DNA of 61,835 nucleotides, filler included, from Globobulimina sp. (GCA_003354225.1; 14 parts of 14 records of this genome joined end to end with filler, not necessarily neighbours in it), one strand, 5' to 3'; shown: positions 36,761 through 47,784, counted from the whole stretch's first letter. The notes: a model not told the origin generated them from the letters alone. Translations and numbers: made by a program.

Positions 36761-37747
36761 TTATTTAAGTGGACGATTAATTATTTTGTTGAAGAGATCA
36801 GCTGGCAACCAACTAACTACTGTAAATATTTTGCGCCATCCAGGCCTGTATATTTTCATTGGATATCTTGCGGTCAATCCATGAACAATATCATCAACCA
36901 CATCCTCCCATTGTTGATGCATATGTCTTTTAACAGTATCTTCTTTCACTCTGTTCACAAAATCATCATATTCATAAATATCCCACACCTTTTCATCGAT
37001 TTCTGCTTTCAATCTATCCAAACTATCACCGAGATTCCATATCCTTGTCGCATATCCTTCCGGTTCCACAGCACAACAAAATATACCAAATCTTGGTGAT
37101 AATTCATATCGCAATGAATGTGACCAATATGTGATTGCGGACTTTAACGCTCCATATAATAACCACACATTTGATGGAACGTGAACCGATGCACTCGATA
37201 TATTGATAATTCTGCCACCATTTGCATTTGCAAAGCTTAAGTCCAATTTTCCTTTTTTATAATTCTTTCTCCCTTCAATCAATGATAAAAACTCCCGAGT
37301 TACATTTAGATGGCCAATGAGTAATACATTGGTATATAAATTCATATATTTTGGTATAAACATTTCAAATGTTCCCACTTCTGCGACTCCTGCATTGTTA
37401 ACCACTGCCCATAATTCTTTATTGGCGCATTTTAAGTGTTCTTCTACTTTCTGTCGAACTGAACATATATTTTCAATGTTGGTTATATCCATTACAAAGG
37501 AGCATGAATCATTTTTATTGCTGAAGGAAGTATTAAATTTATCTGCTGACTGTTGATGCAAAACGGTCGCAATCACACAAAAACCGATTGAATGCAATCT
37601 ATGTGCGGTCGAGTTACCAAATCCCGTATCACATCCTGTTATTAACACTGCGCGTTTATTGATTTGTTTTGTGGAATGGAATTGTTTTTTCGAATATCGA
37701 TAAGTGTTTCTGAATCTTTTCAATATATACAATATTGTCACTTTCAT
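36761..37747 (-). CDS. Short-chain dehydrogenase/reductase (RDH/BDH1/17beta-HSD-like)
   Basis: ITGCDTGFG, VNNAG, GRIINISS, YGALK and VEPEG motifs. Confidence 0.92.
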   Translation of the reverse strand: MKVTILYILKRFRNTYRYSKKQFHSTKQINKRAVLITGCDTGFGNSTAHRLHSIGFCVIATVLHQQSADKFNTSFSNKNDSCSFVMDITNIENICSVRQKVEEHLKCANKELWAVVNNAGVAEVGTFEMFIPKYMNLYTNVLLIGHLNVTREFLSLIEGRKNYKKGKLDLSFANANGGRIINISSASVHVPSNVWLLYGALKSAITYWSHSLRYELSPRFGIFCCAVEPEGYATRIWNLGDSLDRLKAEIDEKVWDIYEYDDFVNRVKEDTVKRHMHQQWEDVVDDIVHGLTARYPMKIYRPGWRKIFTVVSWLPADLFNKIINRPLK

Positions 37748-37907
37748 TGTTGTATGGTATTGCGGTGTGTTTTGGGTTGAAATGGTAATATGGGAAACAA
37801 TTAACTTGCTATTAATACTTTGGCTAGTTTTGGGTTCGACACTGTCAACGTTTTCAATTTTTTAAACAATAAAACTAACGAAGACATGCTGTGTCACTGT
37901 GTCAGTC

Positions 37908-38105
37908 ACGATGACTAGCTCACTTCAAGAAAATCTTAATATCAAGGTTCTCACCGCACCTCATAGACGACAAAATTTTACCTTTATTGCATAGATTTGT
38001 CTCTTCTTTCATATGCTAGGATCCTGGAAAAATCTATCCTTGCACTGTCGTCTATGAGGTGAGAACGCTGATATTAAGGTTTTCTTGAAGTGAGCTAGTC
38101 ATCGT
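37908..38105. repeat. Long imperfect inverted repeat (arms 37908-37972 and 38046-38105, 73-nt loop)
   Basis: ACGATGACTAGCTCACTTCAAGAAAA... pairs with ...TTTTCTTGAAGTGAGCTAGTCATCGT. Confidence 0.9.
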
Positions 38106-38402
38106 ATTACTACTTTCGAAACGATGCAACTTTGTAAGTGTGGTTTTTTTCGATGATTCCCATGATTCCATTAAAAACAATAATTCCGATGATTCCCTTA
38201 AAAACGATAATTTTTTTCAACTTTTTTCCGTCTTTTTTTTTAAGGGAATCATGGAAATTATTGTTTTTAACGGAATCATGGGAATTTTTTTTTCACGGAA
38301 ATCCAAAAAATCGAAAAAAAGTACTGTTTTTATGAAATTAAAAGTTTTGAGGAATCAAAAAAGCCACACTTACAAAGTTGCATCCTTTCGAAAGTAGTAA
38401 TA
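38105..38402. mobile_element. MITE-like element with ~45-bp terminal inverted repeats and a possible TA target site
   Basis: TATTACTACTTTCGAAACGATGCAACTTTGTAAGTGTGG ... CCACACTTACAAAGTTGCATCCTTTCGAAAGTAGTAATA, with internal GATTCC/GGAATC subrepeats. Confidence 0.75.
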
Positions 38403-38427
38403 GCTGGGTATATAGTAAACGTACAAA

Positions 38428-39651
38428 ATGTTGCGGGTTTTATTTTATGGAAATGTCAAGTTATTTTTCTTTTGGATTTATAGCTCTTTTCAATTATGGA
38501 ATGAGTTGCCATTAGAATTGAGCGACTCCAATGCATTGGCAAAACGCATGGCAAATGGACAAGAATTTGTTGTTAATGTAAATAAATCATTTATAAATAA
38601 ATACAATAATGATATGAATCAACTTGGCATTGAATTAAAATCTTTACATAGCGGACGTCCATTATCTTTTAAAATGCGTCTCATTGGATTTTTTATCGTA
38701 CGAATACTTGTAATTTTAACTGCTTTTAGTTCCTATCCAATGATGAGTTTCGTAGTTAGTTTATTGCAATTTATTGTTTTGCCGTATTCTGTATTTGTTT
38801 CAATTGGTTATGGCATTGAGACCGCAATTGCGTTATTTAGTGGACATATTTTAATTTTTCCACTTCTCAAATATTTTGTTGATTTATTATGTCCAATGTA
38901 CCTCAACGTATACATTTCCTTCTCGCCACTATTTTTAATTATTTTTCTCATCGTTGATGAAATTATTTGTGCATTGTGTTTGATCCGAACACCAAAGGGA
39001 ATCACAAAGAAAATGAGTGTGAATCGGGTGTGGCAATCCGTGTGGTTTGGATTTCTAAATTGTAAAACATATTATTTGGTATTAATCCCATTATTATTTG
39101 GTCAAAGTCTGCCATTAACGGTGTGGATTATTGATGCTGTGTTGGGTTTATCCGATCTGATTACTAAACGTATTATGGGTTATTGGGAGTTGATGTTTTA
39201 TCACGTTCATCGAATGGGACATGTTCAGAATGTGTATCCCGATGCACATAAATTCCATCATTATTTGCATGATACCACGGCATTTGATGCGCATATCTTT
39301 GGCTCTGGAGCGCCGGAAGAATGGCTATTGCTTATCATTGAGTTTTTAATTGCAGTATTTATCTGTGGCGGTGTACCGCCCTCACTCAGTTACTCTGTTT
39401 TAGCCGTGTCATGGTATGGTAAATGGGGATTGCATTCGCGTGCTATTAAACCAGAACATCATTCAGATAATTTTCATGCCGATCATCACGTGAAACATAT
39501 TATAAATTTTGGTATGGAGACTCCATTAGATATGGTCATGCAAACAACATCAAATCGAGAGCATGCATTCAATGGATATAAAATAAAAAGAGTTGAATCT
39601 GGGAATGTAGTTAGTTTACAATTTACACCATTGGCTCAATCATCGCATTAA
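38428..39651 (+). CDS. Fatty-acid hydroxylase / sterol desaturase superfamily membrane protein
   Basis: His boxes YHVHRMGH, HKFHH and FHADHH, with several TM helices. Confidence 0.75.
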   Translation: MLRVLFYGNVKLFFFWIYSSFQLWNELPLELSDSNALAKRMANGQEFVVNVNKSFINKYNNDMNQLGIELKSLHSGRPLSFKMRLIGFFIVRILVILTAFSSYPMMSFVVSLLQFIVLPYSVFVSIGYGIETAIALFSGHILIFPLLKYFVDLLCPMYLNVYISFSPLFLIIFLIVDEIICALCLIRTPKGITKKMSVNRVWQSVWFGFLNCKTYYLVLIPLLFGQSLPLTVWIIDAVLGLSDLITKRIMGYWELMFYHVHRMGHVQNVYPDAHKFHHYLHDTTAFDAHIFGSGAPEEWLLLIIEFLIAVFICGGVPPSLSYSVLAVSWYGKWGLHSRAIKPEHHSDNFHADHHVKHIINFGMETPLDMVMQTTSNREHAFNGYKIKRVESGNVVSLQFTPLAQSSH

Positions 39652-39836
39652 AAACTTCTGAACGTGTTTGTTTGTATACTGTGTATACTAAATTATCTAT
39701 TTTAAGTTTTACGCTCGAAAATCCGCATTCTAATNNNNNNNNNNNNNNNNNNNNNNNNNNNNNNNNNNNNNNNNNNNNTTAATTAATTAANNNNNNNNNN
39801 NNNNNNNNNNNNNNNNNNNNNNNNNNNNNNNNNNAA

Positions 39837-41510
39837 TTGATTTATATATTGGATATTTGCAAATATTGTTATATAATGTATTTAATATGGGGTCCAGGGT
39901 TCAAATTGGCCAAAACAGATTTGGCGACTGCTTTTAGGCAGTTATATTTGGCAATAACTGAACCGGAAAATTGTGTATATAAATTTGATAATAAATTAAT
40001 TGCAGATTTTTATGATTTTTGGGGAACCAGATCTGGTTCAAAACATACCCAAGATGTCGGGCAATTAATTTGTAGATATTTTAATATAAAATTAAATGGA
40101 TTAGAATTGTTGGAAGATATAAATGAATGTATTGAAAAAAGGAATGTTTTATTCTTTAATTATAAGTTTAATAAAGGAAGAAATAAAGAAATAAATAAAG
40201 AAATAAAGGAAGAGAGTTTAAATTTTATTTATGACAATAAAGTTTTATTTAAATGGAATAGTATTTGTGTAAAAAGATGGTTGGTTGAAAATAAAATGAA
40301 TAAATTATTACCTTTTGTGAATAGTCTATTATTTGATGGAATACATTTATTATCATTTAATATACATAGAGCAGGAGATATATTATCAAATAATGAATTG
40401 TGTTTATTTAAGGAAGCAAATTTCTTTATTTTATTAATAAAATTAAAAATTGAATGTAAACAATTATTAAAAGGAATAGTTAATAATTATGTTGATGATT
40501 ATATGCTATTTCTCCCTCCATCTCAAGTTGTGGCAGATAAGATATTCAATGATTTCTGCGATTTTATCAAAAAAGCAGGTTTTATTGAAAAGGAGAAAAA
40601 GAGGGAGGGTCCAGGAGATTTTTTAGATTTAATTGGTTATGATATAGATACGAATGAAATGTTGGTACAATTGAAGGAGATAAAAATAAGAAAAGTTGAA
40701 GAGTTAATAAATGAGTTATTAATACATCAGGTGGTTGACTTAGAGACATATGAATCAATTATTGGCAAATTACAGGACTTTTCGTGCCTAAAATGGCCGG
40801 GAAAGGCCTTTTTGAAAAGATTGAGAGATAAATTGTATAAATATATTGAGTTATATGGGAGAAAGAATGTACTCATTATATTGGAGAGATGGGAGTTATT
40901 AGATTTTTTATGGTGGAAGAAATATATAAGAATAATAAACAAAGCATCCATTTTCGACATATGTGACCCGTTATATCCTGAAGATGAGATACATTTTGAT
41001 GCAGCGACCAATGGCTGTCGTGAGTTAGGTTGGTGTCCGGCAGTCTGTTGTTGGTATAAAGGTAATTGGTTTGCAATTCCATTACCAATGGAATATACAA
41101 ATATGTATAGATCGTTGAGAACTGAGTATGTTAAGGAATTCGCGATCGCACATTTCGAAATGTTGGCAATCATCATAGGATTGTATACATTCAGACATTT
41201 AATCAAATCGCATACAAAAATATTGTTAAAAACTGACAATAAGCACGTTGAAGCGGTTATAATTAATAAGAATTCAGACGACGAATTCTTACAAGATGGA
41301 GTTCGTTGGTTATGTATGTTTGCTGTGGAGCAGTCAGTAAATTTGTACATTGATTTTATTAATTCAAAAGCAAATAAAATCCCTGATTTAGCGTCGAGAT
41401 TCGACATAAAAACATTATTAAAAGTGGCAAGGAAGAAATGTAGGAGAAATGGATGGGAATTGACCGATTTCTCAAAAAATTGTGATATTCCTAACATACA
41501 TGAATGGTGA
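39837..41510 (+). CDS. DIRS reverse transcriptase-RNase H with a SAM-like insertion between RT motifs B' and C
   Basis: KTDLATAFRQL, FWGTRSGS, NYVDDY, KKREGP and LIGYDIDT (RT). HFDAA, HFEMLAI, KTDN and NKIPDLASR (DIRS RNase H). Confidence 0.88.
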   Translation: MIYILDICKYCYIMYLIWGPGFKLAKTDLATAFRQLYLAITEPENCVYKFDNKLIADFYDFWGTRSGSKHTQDVGQLICRYFNIKLNGLELLEDINECIEKRNVLFFNYKFNKGRNKEINKEIKEESLNFIYDNKVLFKWNSICVKRWLVENKMNKLLPFVNSLLFDGIHLLSFNIHRAGDILSNNELCLFKEANFFILLIKLKIECKQLLKGIVNNYVDDYMLFLPPSQVVADKIFNDFCDFIKKAGFIEKEKKREGPGDFLDLIGYDIDTNEMLVQLKEIKIRKVEELINELLIHQVVDLETYESIIGKLQDFSCLKWPGKAFLKRLRDKLYKYIELYGRKNVLIILERWELLDFLWWKKYIRIINKASIFDICDPLYPEDEIHFDAATNGCRELGWCPAVCCWYKGNWFAIPLPMEYTNMYRSLRTEYVKEFAIAHFEMLAIIIGLYTFRHLIKSHTKILLKTDNKHVEAVIINKNSDDEFLQDGVRWLCMFAVEQSVNLYIDFINSKANKIPDLASRFDIKTLLKVARKKCRRNGWELTDFSKNCDIPNIHEW

Positions 41511-42658
41511 CATAGTTTTATCGCGTTTTGAGTTGTCATTTGTGGCAATATTTGCAATTACCATTCAATATTGCATTAATATCCATTTATTTACAATAAA
41601 TATATCAATTCGTAATATGTTATTTTATTTTTGTTGTTTTGTTAATACATTAATATGTTAATAATAGATATGGTTATAATAAATGAATTGTATTAATATA
41701 TATATTGATTTTTAGCATTGGTTTGTTTGTAAATGGTGGACTTTGAGTTTTTAATCGACGTTGTTTGTGATAGCAAAGAACGGATTGACTTAATTAATGA
41801 ATAAAATCTGTGTAAATGTGATAGTATATTATGAATGAATGAGTTTTTAAATAATTGCATTTTGTGTATAAATAATTTGTTTACTTTTTGAAAAATTCAC
41901 ATCGTTTTGTCGATATTGGCATTGCTTGTTTTTTGATAAATATTGTTCAAAATGAATATGTGATATCAGATTTGATGAGTAATGGGAGAAAATGCTGGGA
42001 TTTACGAATAAATTAAGTCATTGAACGTATTGTTCATTTTCATACAAAGACGTTCGTCCTTTGTCATTCGTGTGAAATATGCATCAGATTATGTCGAATT
42101 ATCTGACATTTGGGGTTGATGTTAGTTTCGCAGGCGATTATTATATGGAATACCATGAGAATGTATAGCTGTTGTTGATATATGTAATATTGACACATTA
42201 TCTTTGTTTTGATGGTTTAATTACAGAGATAGTTGTTTACCACATGGGATACCATGGAAACGTTTATCTGTCATTTACAATTAATATATGCATGTTTGAT
42301 GAATAAAAATGTGTTTATTAATGAATTTCAAATACAATATGATTAGTCAGATAATATGGAGATATTTCCTGTTATGATTATAACAGAGTGACTATGTATG
42401 ACTAAGAGATGACTATAAGTGATATTGCAACCATTATAGATATAGGTAATATTGCTGTGACGTACGGTGTCATGGAGTTACATTTTTATAAGGGGCAGGT
42501 TTCACTTTTGAGTTTAAAGTACAAAATAAAAAAACTTTGTGTTTGGTTTGTTAGGTTTGCAAAGTTTGTATTTGTATAAATAATATACAGTAAGAGGCAA
42601 ACATTTTAATCACCCGGTTTGGTCAAAAGTAAGTCCGATTTATAAAGAATTGTTATAT

Positions 42659-43933
42659 ATGGCATTAAATGGTGGGGTGAAAGTAACATCGGAGTCGACG
42701 TATATGACGAATTTCCTATTTTATTGGAAGACAATGAGAAAGTTAGGATTATCAGATGAAGAGGTCTGGACTTTTCCAACTCCGGATGCATATTTGCAGC
42801 TATATACCATACATTGTTGTATGGTGCAAGAAAAGGTAAACTGTTGGAAGACGATGAGATTGAAATATCGATCGATTGACTTTGTGGCACAATTATGCGG
42901 AGAATTTCAGTCATGGTCAGATAATCCATCATTATTTGCATTAACAAAATATGTTAAAAAGACCAATCCGGGAAAAGGTTCTGATACTTTACCCGTGACA
43001 ATAGATATTTTGTTGCAGATAGTAAAATTTATTCTGATGTGTAAAGTTTATAATGGTTTGATATTGACGGATTATGAAAAGAAATTAAAAACTGATTGGT
43101 TAACGTTCGCGAAAATATGGAATGACACCAAGAGATTATTTTGGTACATGTTCGCGATGTCCCTTTTATTTGTAGGAATTTTAGGTTTAAGGGGGGCAGA
43201 GTGCTATGAGAATAATAAAAAAGAATATGAGGGTTACGGTATTTATTTATCGGACTTAGACTTTTTTTGGAGAAATAATGGAAGGAATTCCATATATAAA
43301 AGCAATGGTTATTCTCTTGCATTTGATAAATTACATCATCTTCGAATAAGATTAAGAAATTCCAAGGGACAGCAAAAAGGGAAGGATGTGATGTTAAGAA
43401 TTGGCAGAACCAATAATAAGATTGAGCCGGTTTTAATATTTTATCATATTTATCAAATACAGAAAAGAAATTTAAAAAAGATACATAAGAAAAGTTTAAG
43501 AAATTATTACTTTTTCCAACCAATTAAAAGAAGCTTTAAATTAACAACGATTAAAAAATATTGGAAGGAGATTATTAATGAAATGGGTTTTTGGGAGCCA
43601 AAAAGGTATCGATTTCATGGTTTAAGAAAAGGTTTTGCGACGACGCTACAACAGAAAGATGTGCCAATGAGTTTAATTGCATATGCAGGAAGATGGAAAT
43701 TAACTGCAGCAATATATAGATATTTGATACATTCACAAAGAGATTTGTTGTGTTTGGTGAATATTTTGGTTTATGGAAAGAATAAAAAGTTATTTGCCTT
43801 AGATATGGATGCAGCAGAATGCAATTTGGTGAGGGAATATCCGAATAATAAAGATAAATTTTCCATGGATTTTATTAATAAATATCAAGAAAGCTTATGT
43901 GAATATGATATTGATTTGAGTGGGGATAATTAA
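42659..43933 (+). CDS. Tyrosine recombinase of the DIRS element
   Basis: Catalytic residues in GLRGAE (R), NSKG (K), FHGLRKG (HxxR), AGRWK (W) and IYRY (Y). Confidence 0.9.
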   Translation: MALNGGVKVTSESTYMTNFLFYWKTMRKLGLSDEEVWTFPTPDAYLQLYTIHCCMVQEKVNCWKTMRLKYRSIDFVAQLCGEFQSWSDNPSLFALTKYVKKTNPGKGSDTLPVTIDILLQIVKFILMCKVYNGLILTDYEKKLKTDWLTFAKIWNDTKRLFWYMFAMSLLFVGILGLRGAECYENNKKEYEGYGIYLSDLDFFWRNNGRNSIYKSNGYSLAFDKLHHLRIRLRNSKGQQKGKDVMLRIGRTNNKIEPVLIFYHIYQIQKRNLKKIHKKSLRNYYFFQPIKRSFKLTTIKKYWKEIINEMGFWEPKRYRFHGLRKGFATTLQQKDVPMSLIAYAGRWKLTAAIYRYLIHSQRDLLCLVNILVYGKNKKLFALDMDAAECNLVREYPNNKDKFSMDFINKYQESLCEYDIDLSGDN

Positions 43934-44256
43934 TATATAGATATTTTCAGTTTTATTGTTATACGATGTGGAGTTAATGATATATGTTTAGTATTAATTT
44001 GTATATATTATAATATGTTTTGATTATAAACGAAATGGAGATTGGTATAGGTTTGGTATGGTTTGGTATAAATTTGTTGTTATTGTTAATATGTATTATG
44101 GTATATAAATAATTAAGTTTAAATTAATAGTTTATTTTATCCACATCGAATAATTANNNNNNNNNNNNNNNNNNNNNNNNNNNNNNNNNNNNNNNNNNNN
44201 TTAATTAATTAANNNNNNNNNNNNNNNNNNNNNNNNNNNNNNNNNNNNNNNNNNNN

Positions 44257-44948
44257 ATAAGGAAAGCTCCGTCATAAATATATTATATATCCATAACCAT
44301 CGACAAAAAATTCTACACATATCAGCCATACATAATGTTAAGAAGATACACAACAAATTAAATGCACAATATATGAATGAACTGACTAATGCAATTTTGG
44401 CGTAGGCGGTGTACGACTTTGAAAATAGATAAAATGATGTTAATGATATATGTGCATCACTGTGACAGCCGGCCTTTTTATTCAAATTCCAATTCCATGA
44501 TTTATACTTATTGTCATCGTAGCTGTTCCAGGTCGCGTTACGAACGGGACAGTTATTATCATTTCTAGGCCCATCGTAATTAAATGAGTCCGAAGCTGTA
44601 TATTTTAACATTGAAAGTGTGGCAAATATATACATGAAGCAGTTATTTAATTGTTTGGAACCTGAAGCATTGAATATGTCATTGCATGTCCGACAGTCTG
44701 TGCACTGCGGCATACAATATGATAAATCAAATCTTGTGTCTGATACGTTATAAAATGATGCATTTTGCAAAATAAAATAACAGTCACAGCAGTCTGGATT
44801 GTACCTCTTAATTTCGTTAGCATTCTTATCATTTGCTTTGAAAACAAGAAAGCCAATAATTAAAAATCGAATAATATTCCAAATTGTCCATATTATAAAC
44901 CACAGAACTCCTTGCGGATTGTGGCACTCTTCTTTGAGTTCAGACATG
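44257..44948 (-). CDS. Multi-pass membrane protein with Cys-rich loop, N-terminal part; the same family continues in 47945-48577
   Basis: Ends in ...CRIFCRWLWIYNIFMTELSL, the peptide that begins the 47945-48577 ORF. Confidence 0.7.
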
Positions 44949-45227
44949 GCCGGTATTTGGGAGCAAGAAATTTTTAATTGAGTCACTATACAATTTTATA
45001 ATACAATAATGGCAAAATCAAACAATACCATCCATTCCAACAGACAATAATATCGATTCTAATTTGTCATTTCGTTTTTGAAATTTACAACTTTGTTTTT
45101 GCGTTTCAATGAAGGAATTACCATAAAACGATAACAATTCCTCACCCTTTCCAACATCACGTAATGTAACACCAAACACTCTCGGCCATCCATTATAGTG
45201 TACTGTAATAAATTTTACATTGAAATA

Positions 45228-45260
45228 CTATCCTATCCTATCCTATACTATCCTATACTA
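45228..45260 (+). repeat. (CTATC/CTATA)n microsatellite
   Basis: ctatcctatcctatcctatactatcctatacta. Confidence 0.8.
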
Positions 45261-45314
45261 AGACTATTCATATTTGATTTTTTGGATTGTATGTGTTTCA
45301 TGCAGCTCTAACAT

Positions 45315-45492
45315 AAATATCCCATCTATTTCTTACATTACAAATCACTGCAGTCACAACTATTGAGTTAATTGCTCACCACAATAAATTACTAGTAGCG
45401 ATTAACTGCAAAAGTTGAAATCCGATCACCAAAATTGGCTCAATAGTTGTGACTGCAGTGGATTTGTAATGTAAGTAATAGATGGGATATTT
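45315..45492. repeat. Long inverted repeat (arms 45315-45367 and 45439-45492, 71-nt loop)
   Basis: AAATATCCCATCTATT-TCTTACATTACAAATC-ACTGCAGTCACAACTATTGAG and its near-perfect reverse complement. Confidence 0.9.
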
Positions 45493-46095
45493 CGGTTTGT
45501 GTTTACCTGTTGTGCATCCAAAATTCAAATATAAATTAGTCCAAAATAACCAAACAAGCCTTAGATTCTGTACAAATAAAGATTGACAAACCCCAGCTGT
45601 ACTTATGGGAACTCGCAACGATAATGTGTAAGGACAGCTATTTTAAAATGGCATATATTCAAACAATATTATTATTCATGTTCTAAAGTATAACAAATAC
45701 AGACTAGTTTTTCATATTTATCATGTACAGAAAGAGCCAATATGTATCCCTCCATTCAATTGATTCAAACTGATTCAAAGCATTCAAAATCATTCAGTTT
45801 CATTCAAATGTTGAATGGGTTGTATACATAAGGGCTTATTCAATGAATACAGAGTTTCACAAATTCTAACCAACAGATAATGGATATAATAGCAATAGAA
45901 TATAATGATGGAACGCATCAATGATACTAATAATATCTGTATGGATGCATTGAGTCCTACAGTTTCTAACGTATCCACTTACTAATAATTGGGATCGTCT
46001 TTTCCTGACAGCATTGTTCAAAAATTTATTAAACTATAACTGAAGCAAATAAATAAATTAAACAATGTAATTATAGCATTCAAAGCAAAAAGGTG

Positions 46096-47784
46096 TCAAT
46101 ATTCCTGCATTATCTTTTCAAAATATTGATCAAATTCAACCGCGTGATTATGATATGGATTTTCTTTCGGATTAAACAATTTGCAGTTTGTAATAATTAA
46201 TTTAAAATCACTCACAAACTGCGTTATCGATTTATATTCATATTTATTCAATTTCTTCTGGATCTGACTCAAATCCATTGGTCTTTTGATCACATTGTAA
46301 TAATTACCAGCTTGCACAGCATCGACCGGCTTATTAAATACGCCCACTTTGCTGTGGTTATGTAATTGTTTCAATATCCCAGATATCCTCGCCGTGACTT
46401 CAACAATTTCGCCGGGCTGACTCGTCGCAAACAGCTTCGTTTTAGTTTTGGTTTTCTGAGCTGGCACCCCTGGGATATCAATAATATTTATATTGTTGAC
46501 ATAGCGAAACTCGTTCAAACCTTTCCTTTTCACCACAGAATTGCTGATATCGCCAATTTTATTCACCAGCTCGCGTCTGTTGGCAATCAGATGTTCATTC
46601 AACTTGCAATAATTGACATGTTTTATAATGCGCGAATGCATTAACTTTGCTCCGTTGTATATCTTTATATATTTTTGTTGAATGATCTCATCAAAGTCAA
46701 TATTTTTACTGCCATATAACCGGTCAATTTTGTCATCAATTTTGCACCGTTTTGCCACCAAACATTTATCCTCAGATTGGTCCAAAGGGATTCGTTCAAA
46801 GCCTTGCTTTGCAAAGTAATCAATGGCATTGTTATCGGCAAAGGTGACAATGTGATAAATCCCCATTCTTTTCAGCGTCTCTTTCAAGTGATTCATTAAA
46901 CGCGTTCCAAAGCCTTTGATCTGATCCGAAGGCGAAATGGCCAAAAAAACAACTTCGGCAAAGTTGCGTTCAGGAAAGGGACGAAAACAAACACCGCCAA
47001 AAACTTGCTTGTCCATCAAAGCTGTCATAGAACGGTGCTTTTTGTCAAATAATATCCGAGTTATGTATGGAGTGGGCATTTGAGGCAAACATTCGTGGAA
47101 TATCTCCTTTAAATCAATCAGTTTTATCCATGCTGCTTCAGAGCTGTCATTGTAAATCAATTTGAATTTCAATGAGTGGCTTTCTTCCAATTTGCGAGGA
47201 GCATCGTCTCTGTTTTTGTTATGTATTGTTGTTTGTGTGCAGTGCAAGGATATTTTGCATATTTGCCAGTACCTCAAATAATGCTTTCTTGTATATGGCC
47301 CAAAGTCAGATTCAGTCAATTTTGGCCGTTTGCTGTTAGTGTGTCCAGATTGTGGTAACTTTCGTTTTTTGTTTGTTTGCTTTTGTTTGGATGCATTTTG
47401 TTTGGATTTGAGTGGATTTATTTTTCTATTAATTTGGGTTTGCAATAATTGAAAAAATCGATGGATTAATGGATGGCATTCATGGTTGAAATCGAAATGA
47501 GTGATTATGCCGCGTTCCACAGATGTTATTATTTTGGAGAATTCAGTGATGGACATGGTCAATGAACGTGGTAAGGATTGGATTTCTTGCAATTGGCTGT
47601 TGTTTTTGTTTTTATTTATTTTGTAGTTGGAGTCAATTGTTTGTAAGGTTTGGTGGTATATTCGAGCATGAAAATTGATTAAATGAAAGTTTTTGTTTGT
47701 ATTGGATGCGGCACATAATCTCTTTTCATGTTTACGAATAAATTCGGCTAAAAATAGTGATATAGTTGGTACGCTACAAGACAT
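46096..47784 (-). CDS. GCN5: Histone acetyltransferase GCN5/PCAF (GNAT plus bromodomain); probable in-frame intron 47210-47272
   Basis: LPQMPTPYITRILFD, GGVCFRPF, FAEVVFLAI, QIKGFGTRLMNHLK and TFADNNAIDYFAKQGF. Bromodomain YYNVIKRPMDL...NCKLFN. Confidence 0.93.
   Translation of the reverse strand: MSCSVPTISLFLAEFIRKHEKRLCAASNTNKNFHLINFHARIYHQTLQTIDSNYKINKNKNNSQLQEIQSLPRSLTMSITEFSKIITSVERGIITHFDFNHECHPLIHRFFQLLQTQINRKINPLKSKQNASKQKQTNKKRKLPQSGHTNSKRPKLTESDFGPYTRKHYLRYWQICKISLHCTQTTIHNKNRDDAPRKLEESHSLKFKLIYNDSSEAAWIKLIDLKEIFHECLPQMPTPYITRILFDKKHRSMTALMDKQVFGGVCFRPFPERNFAEVVFLAISPSDQIKGFGTRLMNHLKETLKRMGIYHIVTFADNNAIDYFAKQGFERIPLDQSEDKCLVAKRCKIDDKIDRLYGSKNIDFDEIIQQKYIKIYNGAKLMHSRIIKHVNYCKLNEHLIANRRELVNKIGDISNSVVKRKGLNEFRYVNNINIIDIPGVPAQKTKTKTKLFATSQPGEIVEVTARISGILKQLHNHSKVGVFNKPVDAVQAGNYYNVIKRPMDLSQIQKKLNKYEYKSITQFVSDFKLIITNCKLFNPKENPYHNHAVEFDQYFEKIMQEY

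Larger units (their letters stand above)
39835..44156 (+). mobile_element. DIRS-type tyrosine-recombinase retrotransposon (RT-RNase H followed by YR), 5' part missing
   Basis: An RT/RNase H ORF and a co-oriented tyrosine recombinase ORF lie on one contig. Confidence 0.88.

Noticed and set aside
38138-38397. Two small ORFs (65 and 85 aa)
   Set aside because: They lie within the MITE-like element and come from its low-complexity internal repeats.
40727-41557. 276-aa minus-strand ORF over the DIRS RT-RNase H
   Set aside because: Antisense shadow of a motif-bearing plus-strand gene, with no recognisable motifs.
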